Assembly (NCBI GenBank): GCA_040326155.1
Contig: JBEQLE010000005.1
Span: forward strand, 1-64,000
Source: Leptospirales bacterium
GTDB lineage: Bacteria > Spirochaetota > Leptospiria > Turneriellales > JAOUFE01
DNA length: 64,000 bases
Reading direction: 5' to 3'
Position 1 is the first letter of the stretch, and the number at the start of each line of letters is the position of its first letter. The position numbers were made by a program, and so were the translations under genes. A model generated the notes under the pieces. That model was not told where the DNA came from. It saw only the letters and a program-made list of their open reading frames with translations, and searched no databases. Below are positions 18,557-27,255 of this stretch, piece after piece.

Positions 18557-20959
18557 ATGGCTAAAGATAAATCTTCTGTTTTAAGTACCCCCCTCGCGTA
18601 TATTACATACTTAGTTGTAATTCTGGGAGTTGGAGCCCACATTGTTCCGTTGGTCTCTCCGCAGATTATGGCAAGCGGGTTTGCAGGTATCATTTTCTTT
18701 CTGAAAATATTCGGCGTAATTGGGTTGATCTCCTTGCTCATCATGTTTTTAGAGCTTCTGAATTATTTCGGACTCGAACGCCATAACATTATGGGTCTTA
18801 CCCTGGGCCTTTCTATAGCTTTTGTATTTATGTATGTCGATCGTGAAATGACGATTCTAAAACCCATTGAGGAATTTTCTATAGATGCAAGATTTCGTCT
18901 TACCGGTCCCTCGGTAACGTTCGTAAAACGTGAAAATGTAACCCTTCAATCGTCAAATCCAGACGCCCACCCAGCCATTCAAATTATTGGAATAGACCAG
19001 GATACGATAAACAAATTACAGATATTCCCTTTTTCGTGGCACCATTATGCGAATATGCTCAGTGCGCTGGAAGGTTCGACTGCAAGTTCAGTCATGTTTG
19101 ATATTTTCTTACTCGATGAGTTAAAAAACAACTATGGTCTATTGGCTCTGTCCGAAGATATGCGAGATGATATGTACACATCTTTAAGAACGAATAAATC
19201 CATAACATTAAGTAATTCTCAGATTAGAAAAGCCTCTGCTCTTTTGAGCAACCAGATTAAAACGAATGGAAACGTTGTACTGGATTATCCTTTCCAGACC
19301 AGTGGTTTGAATGAAGAAACGCTAAGCAGGAAAGTTCTGGAAGAGCGTGAAAAGTTTTTGGAAAGATATGAGATTATCAATGTAGAAGAGTCTGAATATA
19401 ATAGCAAGAGAGAGTGGGTCGATCATCCTGAGCCGCCCATTGCCTCCATTGGCGAATCTTCCATGGGTCTTGGTTATGCGAATATTCGAAAAGGGGAGAC
19501 CGGCGTAAACCGTACTGTACCATTGATTATTAAATACAAAAATCGATTCTATCCTTCTATTGACTTGATTATGGCGGCGCGTCATTATGGCATTAATATT
19601 AAAAAGGATGTATCGGTCAAGCTTGGAGAATATATCAAAATATCGAATATTCCCGAAAAAACACGTTCCTACTTTATTGGTGGTAAGTCAGAATCGATGG
19701 ATGTAATGGCCAAGCCGAATTCGAAACGGGAGATTAAAATACCGGTTGACGAAGAAGGGTTTATGGCGATTAACTTTATCGGTGGCCCGCTCTCTTTTAG
19801 TTCTACTTCTTTCTGGATGATTTCAGAATCAGAAAAGGGATACTATAGCGGAGATAGTGACGCCTTTGCCGATAAAATACTGTTACTCTCTGTTTACTAC
19901 GCTACAGGGGTTGCTCATGACGTTCACGCCAGTCCGTTTGGCGATTTAATGGGTATTGAGCATCACGCCGCCGGCCTGAATACAATCTTGAACCAGGACT
20001 TCTTGAAATTTGCTCCCCTCTGGTTAAACTATTTAATTCTTATTATTATCGGTTTAATCTTTGGGTTTATAGTTCCACGTTATAATATTAAATGGGTACT
20101 GGTCGGTACGGTTGTACTGGCTCTGGTTTTTACCGTTGAAGCATTGTATGTATTTAGTCAATTTAATTTCGTTCACTTCTTTTTTACTCCCTATATAGAA
20201 ATGGTTATCGTTTTAATTGCCATTACAGGGTATAAGGTTTTAACCGAAGAAGAGAATGTAAAATACATTCGATCGACATTTTCAAAGTTTGTCTCGAAAG
20301 ATGTTGTAAACGAAATGCTGGCGAATCCCGACTCTCTTAAACTCGGTGGAGCCAACAAAGAACTGACAATATTTTTCTCTGATATTCGTGGGTTTACATC
20401 GATTTCGGAAGCTCTTTCTCCAGAAGATCTAGTGCTACTGTTGAACGATTACCTTTCGGTCATGACAGAGACTGTAATAGCCTACAAAGGAACCGTAGAT
20501 AAGTACATGGGTGATGCTATTATGGCATTTTGGGGAGCCCCGTTGGAAATTAAAGAGCACGCTTATTATGCATGTATATCTTCTTTAAGACAGTTGCAAC
20601 AACTAAATGAGCTACAGATTAAATGGAAAGAGCAGGGGTGGCCATCGATTGAAATTGGAATTGGTCTAAATACAGGTATGGCTGTCGCCGGAAACATGGG
20701 TTCTTCACACAGAATGGATTACACGGTAATGGGAGATACCATTAACCTGGGTTCTCGCCTGGAAGGCACGAATAAAGTATACGCGACTAGAATTATTATT
20801 TCAGAGCATACCTATGCTAAAGTAAAAGATAAAATTGTGTCTCGAGAACTCGATAGCATTCGAGTAAAAGGAAAAAACGAGCCAGTGACAATTTATGAAC
20901 TAATTGATATAAAAGACCATGGCGATTACGAAAAGTACATTAAACTTGTAACCAATTAA
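18557..20959 (+). CDS. CHASE2-domain class III adenylate cyclase
   Basis: CHASE2 region (GIDQ..FPFSW, GIEHHA); FSDIRGFT, DKYMGDAIM and DYTVMGDTINLGSRLE, with ATP-type K/D specificity residues. Confidence 0.92.
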   Translation: MAKDKSSVLSTPLAYITYLVVILGVGAHIVPLVSPQIMASGFAGIIFFLKIFGVIGLISLLIMFLELLNYFGLERHNIMGLTLGLSIAFVFMYVDREMTILKPIEEFSIDARFRLTGPSVTFVKRENVTLQSSNPDAHPAIQIIGIDQDTINKLQIFPFSWHHYANMLSALEGSTASSVMFDIFLLDELKNNYGLLALSEDMRDDMYTSLRTNKSITLSNSQIRKASALLSNQIKTNGNVVLDYPFQTSGLNEETLSRKVLEEREKFLERYEIINVEESEYNSKREWVDHPEPPIASIGESSMGLGYANIRKGETGVNRTVPLIIKYKNRFYPSIDLIMAARHYGINIKKDVSVKLGEYIKISNIPEKTRSYFIGGKSESMDVMAKPNSKREIKIPVDEEGFMAINFIGGPLSFSSTSFWMISESEKGYYSGDSDAFADKILLLSVYYATGVAHDVHASPFGDLMGIEHHAAGLNTILNQDFLKFAPLWLNYLILIIIGLIFGFIVPRYNIKWVLVGTVVLALVFTVEALYVFSQFNFVHFFFTPYIEMVIVLIAITGYKVLTEEENVKYIRSTFSKFVSKDVVNEMLANPDSLKLGGANKELTIFFSDIRGFTSISEALSPEDLVLLLNDYLSVMTETVIAYKGTVDKYMGDAIMAFWGAPLEIKEHAYYACISSLRQLQQLNELQIKWKEQGWPSIEIGIGLNTGMAVAGNMGSSHRMDYTVMGDTINLGSRLEGTNKVYATRIIISEHTYAKVKDKIVSRELDSIRVKGKNEPVTIYELIDIKDHGDYEKYIKLVTN

Positions 20960-20969
20960 TCGCGAATAA

Positions 20970-20989
20970 GGGCGCAATTAATTGCGCCC
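20970..20989. terminator. Perfect 20-bp palindrome between convergent genes; probable bidirectional terminator
   Basis: GGGCGCAATTAATTGCGCCC, with a T-rich tract downstream. Confidence 0.7.
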
Positions 20990-21051
20990 CTACTCTGATC
21001 TTTTTTATGTCTCTTTTTAGTTACAATTTTAACGTTATTGCAAAGACATGC

Positions 21052-21270
21052 TTATAAGGCATATACATCGGCTGTTTCAATATCAGTCAAAGGAAGAATA
21101 ATTCCCTCTTCTTCGCCAAAGTACTGGATAATATCACTACCAACCAGCTTTCTGCGACCATTCATTGTAATTTTTTTACCATTTTTCAAGGTAAACACAA
21201 TTTCGAGGCCACGGTGTTTTAAATATTTTTCAATAGTATTCACAAACTCATTCTTGTTTTCTTCACTCAT
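21052..21270 (-). CDS. Small hypothetical protein (72 aa)
   Basis: GGGA RBS; plausible globular sequence; sigma28-type promoter upstream. Confidence 0.75.
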   Translation of the reverse strand: MSEENKNEFVNTIEKYLKHRGLEIVFTLKNGKKITMNGRRKLVGSDIIQYFGEEEGIILPLTDIETADVYAL

Positions 21271-21316
21271 ACTTTCCCTACTCCGATTAGCTTATTTTTT
21301 TTATGGATTAACGATA

Positions 21317-21343
21317 CTATCGGCATATATAAGAAAAACTCAA
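21317..21343 (-). promoter_or_regulatory. sigma28-type promoter candidate
   Basis: TTGAGTTT-N11-GCCGATAG versus consensus TAAAGTTT-N11-GCCGATAA. Confidence 0.6.
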
Positions 21344-21394
21344 GTATTAAATGTTAAGAAATATACTATAATATCGTCAAAAGGAAAAATTTAA

Positions 21395-21587
21395 TAAGGA
21401 AGGCAGGAAAATTGGAGATAAGGAAGGCAGGAAAAGAGGGGAAGGGAGATCTTATTAGTTTGTTTTAGAGTCAATTGTTTATAATAGCGATCTTTCTCCA
21501 TGAATCTATTGCTAAAAATCGAAGACTTTTTTTTCTTATATTTTCCATTCCTGTATTCCTTATAATTCTTCTTTCGCTTATTCCTTA
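21395..21587. repeat. Dispersed inverted-repeat element, copy B
   Basis: TAAGGAAGGCAGGAAA twice; shared core GAAAAGAGGGGAA..GTTTGTTTTAGAGTC..GATCTTT..ATGAA..TCGAAGA; right arm CATTCCTGTATTCCTTA. Confidence 0.75.
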
Positions 21588-21601
21588 TGGCTTTTTTCCT
21601 T

Positions 21602-22663
21602 TTACTGAAACCGACCAGCAATTTCCTGAGAACAGAATTTGCATTTACCTTTTTGCATTCCCTGTGCAGATGTACGGTAACCGGTTCGCTCGATTACTTT
21701 TTTGCCGCAGGAAGGGCAATGGGTAATTCCGCCTTCGGGGTAGACAAGGTTGCCTGTGTAGACATAGTTCATTCCTTTGTCCAGAGCAATGTTTCGCGCT
21801 GACGTTAAAGTAGCCAGAGGGGTGGTGGGAGTCGTATTTAGTTGGTAACTTGGGTGAAAGGCACTGAAATGGATAGGGGTGTTCTCACCCAGGTATTGTT
21901 TTACCCAACTTACCATTTGTTGTATCTCTTTTTGTGAGTCGTTTAAACCGGGAATTAAAAGGGTTGTTATTTCCAGCCATGTTTTGGTCTGTTCGCGAAC
22001 ATATTGCAGTGTTTTCAAAACCGGCGCTAAAGAGGAATCGGTCTGTTTTTTGTAAAACAGTTCTGAAAAAGCTTTTAAGTCGATGTTCACCGCATCCATG
22101 GCGTTGAAAAACTCTCTGGCTGGCTTCTTGTTTATAAATCCGTTCGTAACAGCGACATTATAAATTCCATTTTGACGGCACTCATAGGCAGTGTCTACAG
22201 CAAACTCAAAAAATACAATGGGATCATTATATGTATACGCCACACTAACTGCCTTTGCTTGAAGCGCTTTATCGGCAATTTCAGCCGGAGAGGCCTTTAC
22301 AGAAGAGACATGAATATTTTGAGCTTTCGATAAATTCCAGTTCTGGCAAAAATTACACGATAAGTTACAGCCAGCGGTTCCAAAGGATAAGACATTTGTT
22401 CCGGGGAAAAAATGGTATAAAGGTTTTTTTTCAATGGGATCTAGCGCAAGTCCGCTGGTTAAACCATAGGTTAAAAGTTCCATTTTGCCATTTACATTGG
22501 CTCTTACAAAACAGTGTCCATGCTCGTCTTTGGGAATATGGCAGGTTCGCGGGCATAACAAACAGACTATTTCTTCAGAATTTGCGTTTTTCCAGTATTT
22601 TGTACTATTTTCGGTGGATATAACGACATTTTTCCCGGTTTTTCTTGACGCTAAGTTTGCCAT
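21602..22663 (-). CDS. amrS: AmmeMemoRadiSam radical SAM enzyme (start 22663 or 22693)
   Basis: CLLCPRTC, DPIEKKPLYHFFPG, GCNLSCNFCQNW and SAFHP motifs; C-terminal CPSC..CKFC. Confidence 0.92.
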   Translation of the reverse strand: MANLASRKTGKNVVISTENSTKYWKNANSEEIVCLLCPRTCHIPKDEHGHCFVRANVNGKMELLTYGLTSGLALDPIEKKPLYHFFPGTNVLSFGTAGCNLSCNFCQNWNLSKAQNIHVSSVKASPAEIADKALQAKAVSVAYTYNDPIVFFEFAVDTAYECRQNGIYNVAVTNGFINKKPAREFFNAMDAVNIDLKAFSELFYKKQTDSSLAPVLKTLQYVREQTKTWLEITTLLIPGLNDSQKEIQQMVSWVKQYLGENTPIHFSAFHPSYQLNTTPTTPLATLTSARNIALDKGMNYVYTGNLVYPEGGITHCPSCGKKVIERTGYRTSAQGMQKGKCKFCSQEIAGRFQ

Positions 22664-22691
22664 ATTTAATTTATATACAGGAAGGGTTACC

Positions 22692-23501
22692 ATGACAACT
22701 TTTTTTAAAGAAAAAAACTCTGTTCGCGAGCCCGCTGTGGCTGGCCAATTCTACCCGGAAAACCAAACTGAATTAAAAAACAGTGTATTAAAGTATATGG
22801 ACGATGCTTCAGGTTCGGAAATTATTCCGAGAGGGTTCATTGTTCCTCACGCCGGTTATTCTTATTCCGGCGCTGTTGCAGGCTCTGCGTACAAAATTGC
22901 AAGTTTGGCGAAAAAGCACTATAAAAGAGTTGTGCTCATTGGACCCGCACATCGAGTTTATGTAGATACAGTGGCTTTACACTCTGCTTCTAATTTTAAA
23001 TCACCACTGGGTCTAATACCGATTGACCAGAAGGCTATTTTAGATCTTGCTAAAACATTTAACTTAACTCCCTTCAATGAAGCTCATATCCAGGAACATT
23101 CGCTTGAAGTTCAACTTCCATTTATTCAACTGGCGTTGCCAAAGGTAAAATTGATACCTATGGTGGTCGGTCACTGCAATATTAATCTTCTTGCTGAAAT
23201 TCTTGAATTTTTCTGGAATGAAGAAACACTCTATTTAATTTCTTCTGATTTAAGCCATTTTCACGACTATGAAACTGCCGTAAAAATGGACTCTACCACA
23301 ACAAAACAAATTATAGATTTGGATTATGAATCGATTGGACTTGAAAACGCTTGTGGTTGTCTGGGAATAAAAGCATTTCTAAAAGTTGCCAAAAACCATA
23401 ACCTGAAAGTAGAAGCAATTGATGTACGAAATTCAGGCGACGCCTCTGGGTCTCACGACAGCGTCGTTGGTTATGGTTCCTTTGCTTTCTGGGAGAATTA
23501 A
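22692..23501 (+). CDS. amrB: AmmeMemoRadiSam protein B (Memo family)
   Basis: REPAVAGQFYP, PHAGYSYSG, EHSLEVQLPF, SSDLSH, ACG and NSGD..VVGY motifs. Confidence 0.94.
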   Translation: MTTFFKEKNSVREPAVAGQFYPENQTELKNSVLKYMDDASGSEIIPRGFIVPHAGYSYSGAVAGSAYKIASLAKKHYKRVVLIGPAHRVYVDTVALHSASNFKSPLGLIPIDQKAILDLAKTFNLTPFNEAHIQEHSLEVQLPFIQLALPKVKLIPMVVGHCNINLLAEILEFFWNEETLYLISSDLSHFHDYETAVKMDSTTTKQIIDLDYESIGLENACGCLGIKAFLKVAKNHNLKVEAIDVRNSGDASGSHDSVVGYGSFAFWEN

Positions 23502-23510
23502 GGGCTTTAA

Positions 23511-24089
23511 GTGGATGAACTTTCAGAAAAAGACAAATTTGAACTATTGAGAATCGCTCGCACTTCTATAGAACACGGAGTGAAGGAGCATGCGCCATAT
23601 TCTCCCGATTTAGTAATATTAAACGCGACTTTAAACCAAGATGGTGCTTGTTTTTGTACCTTACGGATGAACGACCAGTTAAAAGGGTGTATTGGTACGC
23701 TGGAAGCTTTTCGACCGCTGGCGGTTGATGTAGCTGAAAATTCCTATGCTTCGGGGTTTCGTGATACCCGTTTTTCTAATCTGGTGTTTTCAGATCTTGA
23801 CAAGGTGGATATTGAATTATCTATATTAGGCAAATTAACGCCCATTAAAAATATGGACGATACAGAGTTATTGCGTTATTTGTCCAAATCGAAGCCGGGG
23901 ATGGTGGCGCAAATGGGTTCACATAAAGGAACTTTTTTGCCATCGGTCTGGGACACCTTACCCGAACCTTCCCGTTTTTTAGAAGAGTTGAAAAAGAAAG
24001 CCGGGCTAGACCCGAAAGAAGATTCACTCAATATTCAATATAATGAGTACACCGTTGAAAAATTTGCAGAAAAAAGAAATTCAATCTAG
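23511..24089 (+). CDS. amrA: AmmeMemoRadiSam protein A (AMMECR1 family)
   Basis: ACFCTL..LKGCIGT, FRDTRF, IELSIL, TFLPSVW and LKKKAG motifs. Confidence 0.93.
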   Translation: MDELSEKDKFELLRIARTSIEHGVKEHAPYSPDLVILNATLNQDGACFCTLRMNDQLKGCIGTLEAFRPLAVDVAENSYASGFRDTRFSNLVFSDLDKVDIELSILGKLTPIKNMDDTELLRYLSKSKPGMVAQMGSHKGTFLPSVWDTLPEPSRFLEELKKKAGLDPKEDSLNIQYNEYTVEKFAEKRNSI

Positions 24090-24885
24090 TAATACACAAT
24101 GGTGGAAAAATTATCAATATCAGCCTCTAAGTGTGTTGAACAATGAGCTAAACAGTGACCATGTGGTTATTTTAGGCGCTGGCCCTTCTTTAAACTATGC
24201 GCAGCAGATGATCGAAAATTTCTGCAAAAACAAAGCTCTGTTTTTAGTGCCCGATATCTTAGCCAAAGCCTTTATAAAAAAATACCCGACAAGCAGACGA
24301 ATTATTTTTACTCTGGAAAATCGTAGACACCCTTATTTGCAGGGTATTTCGAATGAAAAAATCGCGGTTTATTGTAAAGCTAATCGACAAAATATTCCGA
24401 AAAGCTCTAACTCGATGTATCTTTTTCATTTCGATTTTGATAAGAAATTCGATAAAAATAGTGGTGAATCCACCCAGATTGTCTCACCAGGGACAGTCAC
24501 CGGGGCTGCCTTTGCCTGGACTATCAAAACGCTATATAAAGAGTATATTCAAAACCTGGAGTTCATACATGTGCATACGATGGGCATTGATCTTTCTTAC
24601 CCAGACAGCCAGATGTATGGTAGACTGGCTCAATATCCCTTTATAAATGATTATTGGAAAAATCGAGAAACTCTGGAATGGGAAAAAATACTGGTAAAGA
24701 CTTCTCATGTTATTATGAAACATGGTTATCTTATTCGAACCTGTGAAGAATTTTTGAAAACCGGAAAAAATCTGGAGACAATGCTCAATTCTGTAGATTC
24801 ACGCTTAAAACTGTTCGATTACAGCCCGCTGGGAATACAGCACCCTTTGTGTGCCAAGTGGGATGCAAAAATAAATGCTGAATAA
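24043..24885 (+). CDS. MptE-like / motility-associated factor (Maf) domain protein
   Basis: VVILGAGPSLN, PGTVTGAAF and MGIDLSY motifs; lies directly upstream of flagellar genes. Confidence 0.6.
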   Translation: MSTPLKNLQKKEIQSSNTQWWKNYQYQPLSVLNNELNSDHVVILGAGPSLNYAQQMIENFCKNKALFLVPDILAKAFIKKYPTSRRIIFTLENRRHPYLQGISNEKIAVYCKANRQNIPKSSNSMYLFHFDFDKKFDKNSGESTQIVSPGTVTGAAFAWTIKTLYKEYIQNLEFIHVHTMGIDLSYPDSQMYGRLAQYPFINDYWKNRETLEWEKILVKTSHVIMKHGYLIRTCEEFLKTGKNLETMLNSVDSRLKLFDYSPLGIQHPLCAKWDAKINAE

Positions 24886-24905
24886 TTCGCGACATAATCC
24901 GATAA
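24879..24905 (+). promoter_or_regulatory. sigma28-type promoter candidate for flbD-motAB
   Basis: TGAA-N15-TCCGATAA, 7 nt before GTG 24913. Confidence 0.5.
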
Positions 24906-24912
24906 TGTAAAA

Positions 24913-25113
24913 GTGATAGAAGTTACTAGATTAAATGGTGATAAGTATCTGTTGAATCAAAACCTTATTGAGGTTATTGAACAAAAGCCCGATACAATTA
25001 TTAAGCTATCTAACGATAAAAACCTAATTGTGAAAGAGACACCAACCGAAATAATAAATAGAATTATCAAATTTAAACGGGAAATATATTTTGAAAACAA
25101 TAGAGTGGAATAA
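24913..25113 (+). CDS. flbD: Flagellar FlbD family protein
   Basis: MIEVTRLNG..LNQNLIEVIEQKPDTIIKL. Confidence 0.93.
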   Translation: MIEVTRLNGDKYLLNQNLIEVIEQKPDTIIKLSNDKNLIVKETPTEIINRIIKFKREIYFENNRVE

Positions 25114-25893
25114 ATGGATATAGCATCTTTAGTTGGACTAACAATGGCCGCACTGGCTATTGTAATTGGAACATTTGCAGCCGGCATCTCGGCAGGTCAG
25201 ATTATTGATCTGGCTTCCGTATTTATTACGATAGGCGGAGCCTCCGGAACCGTAATTTTATCTAACCCCCTACCTTTAACATTGAATATTTTCAACGTTT
25301 TTAAAAAGGTTTTTCGAGTTCCCCAGTTTGATATTAAAGGGAAGATTCTTCAAATTGTGAGTTTTTCTGAAAAAGCTCGTAGAGACGGGCTGCTTGCTCT
25401 AGAAGACGATATGGAAGACCTGGAAGACCCTTTTATGAAAAAAGCCTTGCAACTTGTTGTAGATGGTACAGACCCTGAAATTGTACGTAATGTAATGGAA
25501 ATTGATCTCGATTCAATGGAATTACGTCATGCAAGAAATCGTGCCTGGTTTGACTCTGTAGCGACTCTTGCTCCCGGTTTCGGGATGCTGGGGACTCTTA
25601 TTGGACTTGTCGGGATGCTGGCGAACCTTGGTGGTGACCCGTCTGCGATTGGTCGTGGTATGGCCGCCGCTTTGATCACAACATTTTATGGTTCCTTAAT
25701 TCAAAATATGATTGCTGTTCCAGTCTCGAATAAACTGAAAAATAGAACGGATGAGGAAGCTCTGGCAAAACAGGTGATGATTGAAGGGACTTTGTCTATT
25801 CAGGCGGGTGATAACCCTCGAATTGTACAAGAAAAACTGGCAAGTTACCTTACTCCGGTTATGAGAGAAGAGCTAAAACAAGCTGAAGTGTAA
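25114..25893 (+). CDS. motA: Flagellar stator MotA
   Basis: ARRDGLLALE, APGFGMLGTLIGL, MAAALITTFYG and GDNPR motifs. Confidence 0.96.
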   Translation: MDIASLVGLTMAALAIVIGTFAAGISAGQIIDLASVFITIGGASGTVILSNPLPLTLNIFNVFKKVFRVPQFDIKGKILQIVSFSEKARRDGLLALEDDMEDLEDPFMKKALQLVVDGTDPEIVRNVMEIDLDSMELRHARNRAWFDSVATLAPGFGMLGTLIGLVGMLANLGGDPSAIGRGMAAALITTFYGSLIQNMIAVPVSNKLKNRTDEEALAKQVMIEGTLSIQAGDNPRIVQEKLASYLTPVMREELKQAEV

Positions 25894-25901
25894 GATATAA
25901 A

Positions 25902-26699
25902 ATGGCTAGAAAGAAAAGAATAAAATCTTGTCCCTTAGGAGCACCGATATTTCTGTTGACTTATGCAGATATGGTGACCCTTCTTTTGACATTCTTTGTA
26001 ATGCTTTTTACTGTGGCAAAAGTCGATGGGAAAGAACTTCGTATTATACTGTCTGCCTTTCGTGGTTCTCTTGGGTTTTTCGAAGGGGGCCAGACATTAT
26101 CGAAGGGGAAACTCGAACAGATGGGTATGAACCTGATGAGTCTGCCAGCTCCCGAAAAAGAGAAGACACTTTCGCAGGCTTTAAGTGTTGCAACTGAAAT
26201 TTTTGAGCCTGAAGTTCAAAGTAAAAAGATTACTGTAACACAAGATGAAAGAGGGTTAGTCATTAGTTTAATCGGTAATGATCATTTTCCTCCAGGGTCG
26301 GCCCGTTTAACGGATGAGTCGAAGAGAATTCTAAAAAAAGTAGGCGGGTTTTTAAGACAAAATTCATCGTTTATTCGAATTGAAGGTCACTCTGATGAAT
26401 CTGGCCTGGTAAATACTCCTGCCGGAGAGCGCTATGCTACGAACTGGGAACTTTCTTCGCAACGCTCTATTAATGTATTGCGTTTTTTACATGAGTCGGA
26501 AGACGTGGAACCATCGAAAATGTCGGCGGTATCTTTTGCTCAGTATAGACCGGTTTCCGACTCGCAGACTCCCGAAGGCAGAGCCTTGAATAGAAGAGTA
26601 GATATTGTTATATTAACGAATAAGAGTGCAGTACGAGATTATGATGAAAACGATGTTCCGGGTAATAAATACCCTGGAATTGAATGGGAAAACCCATAA
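25902..26699 (+). CDS. motB: Flagellar stator MotB
   Basis: TYADMVTLLLTFFVML with the conserved Asp; OmpA-like IEGHSD..NWELS..NRRVDI. Confidence 0.96.
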   Translation: MARKKRIKSCPLGAPIFLLTYADMVTLLLTFFVMLFTVAKVDGKELRIILSAFRGSLGFFEGGQTLSKGKLEQMGMNLMSLPAPEKEKTLSQALSVATEIFEPEVQSKKITVTQDERGLVISLIGNDHFPPGSARLTDESKRILKKVGGFLRQNSSFIRIEGHSDESGLVNTPAGERYATNWELSSQRSINVLRFLHESEDVEPSKMSAVSFAQYRPVSDSQTPEGRALNRRVDIVILTNKSAVRDYDENDVPGNKYPGIEWENP

Positions 26700-26711
26700 A
26701 CGAGGTTTGTT

Positions 26712-27245
26712 ATGGCTGATGAAGAACTATTAGATGAAGACCAAGATGAGGATTTGCTTTCCGGAGCTCCAATAGCCGGTGGTAGGTCGAAATTAGTAGG
26801 CATTTTGTTATGGGCGGTCGGTATACTGGTTGCAATAGCATTAATGTTTGTAATTGCTTATTTTGTAAGTGAAAATTCCAAGTCGAATGATTATAGAGAG
26901 ACTCAAAGTATTGTAATTGCTCCGGCGCCAGCGCCATGGGGAATATACCGGTTTCAAAAAGAGTTTCGGGTGAACACAGCAGATACAGATGAAGCTCACT
27001 TTATTCAAATGACGTTGTCTTTTGGGTTTGACTCAAATAATAAACAACTGGAAAATGAACTAATACAACGGACTGCCCAGATGATGCATATTATTAACAT
27101 TGTCCTGGGTGGTAAGAAAAAAGAGGAGTTGATTACTTCAATGCAGAAACAAAACCTGGCTGATGAAGTTAAATCGATGATTAATATGATACTCAGCAAA
27201 GGTAAAATTGAAGCAGTCTATTTCGAAGAGTTGATTGTAAGTTAA
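26712..27245 (+). CDS. fliL: Flagellar basal-body protein FliL
   Basis: Single TM helix; FRVNTAD; IEAVYFEE C-terminus; follows motB. Confidence 0.9.
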   Translation: MADEELLDEDQDEDLLSGAPIAGGRSKLVGILLWAVGILVAIALMFVIAYFVSENSKSNDYRETQSIVIAPAPAPWGIYRFQKEFRVNTADTDEAHFIQMTLSFGFDSNNKQLENELIQRTAQMMHIINIVLGGKKKEELITSMQKQNLADEVKSMINMILSKGKIEAVYFEELIVS

Positions 27246-27255
27246 GGGGAGCAGC

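Noticed and set aside
21391..21621. Basic 76-aa ORF, and the ORFs at 13204-13630
   Set aside because: They fall across the repeat elements, and the reading frame is not conserved between the two copies.
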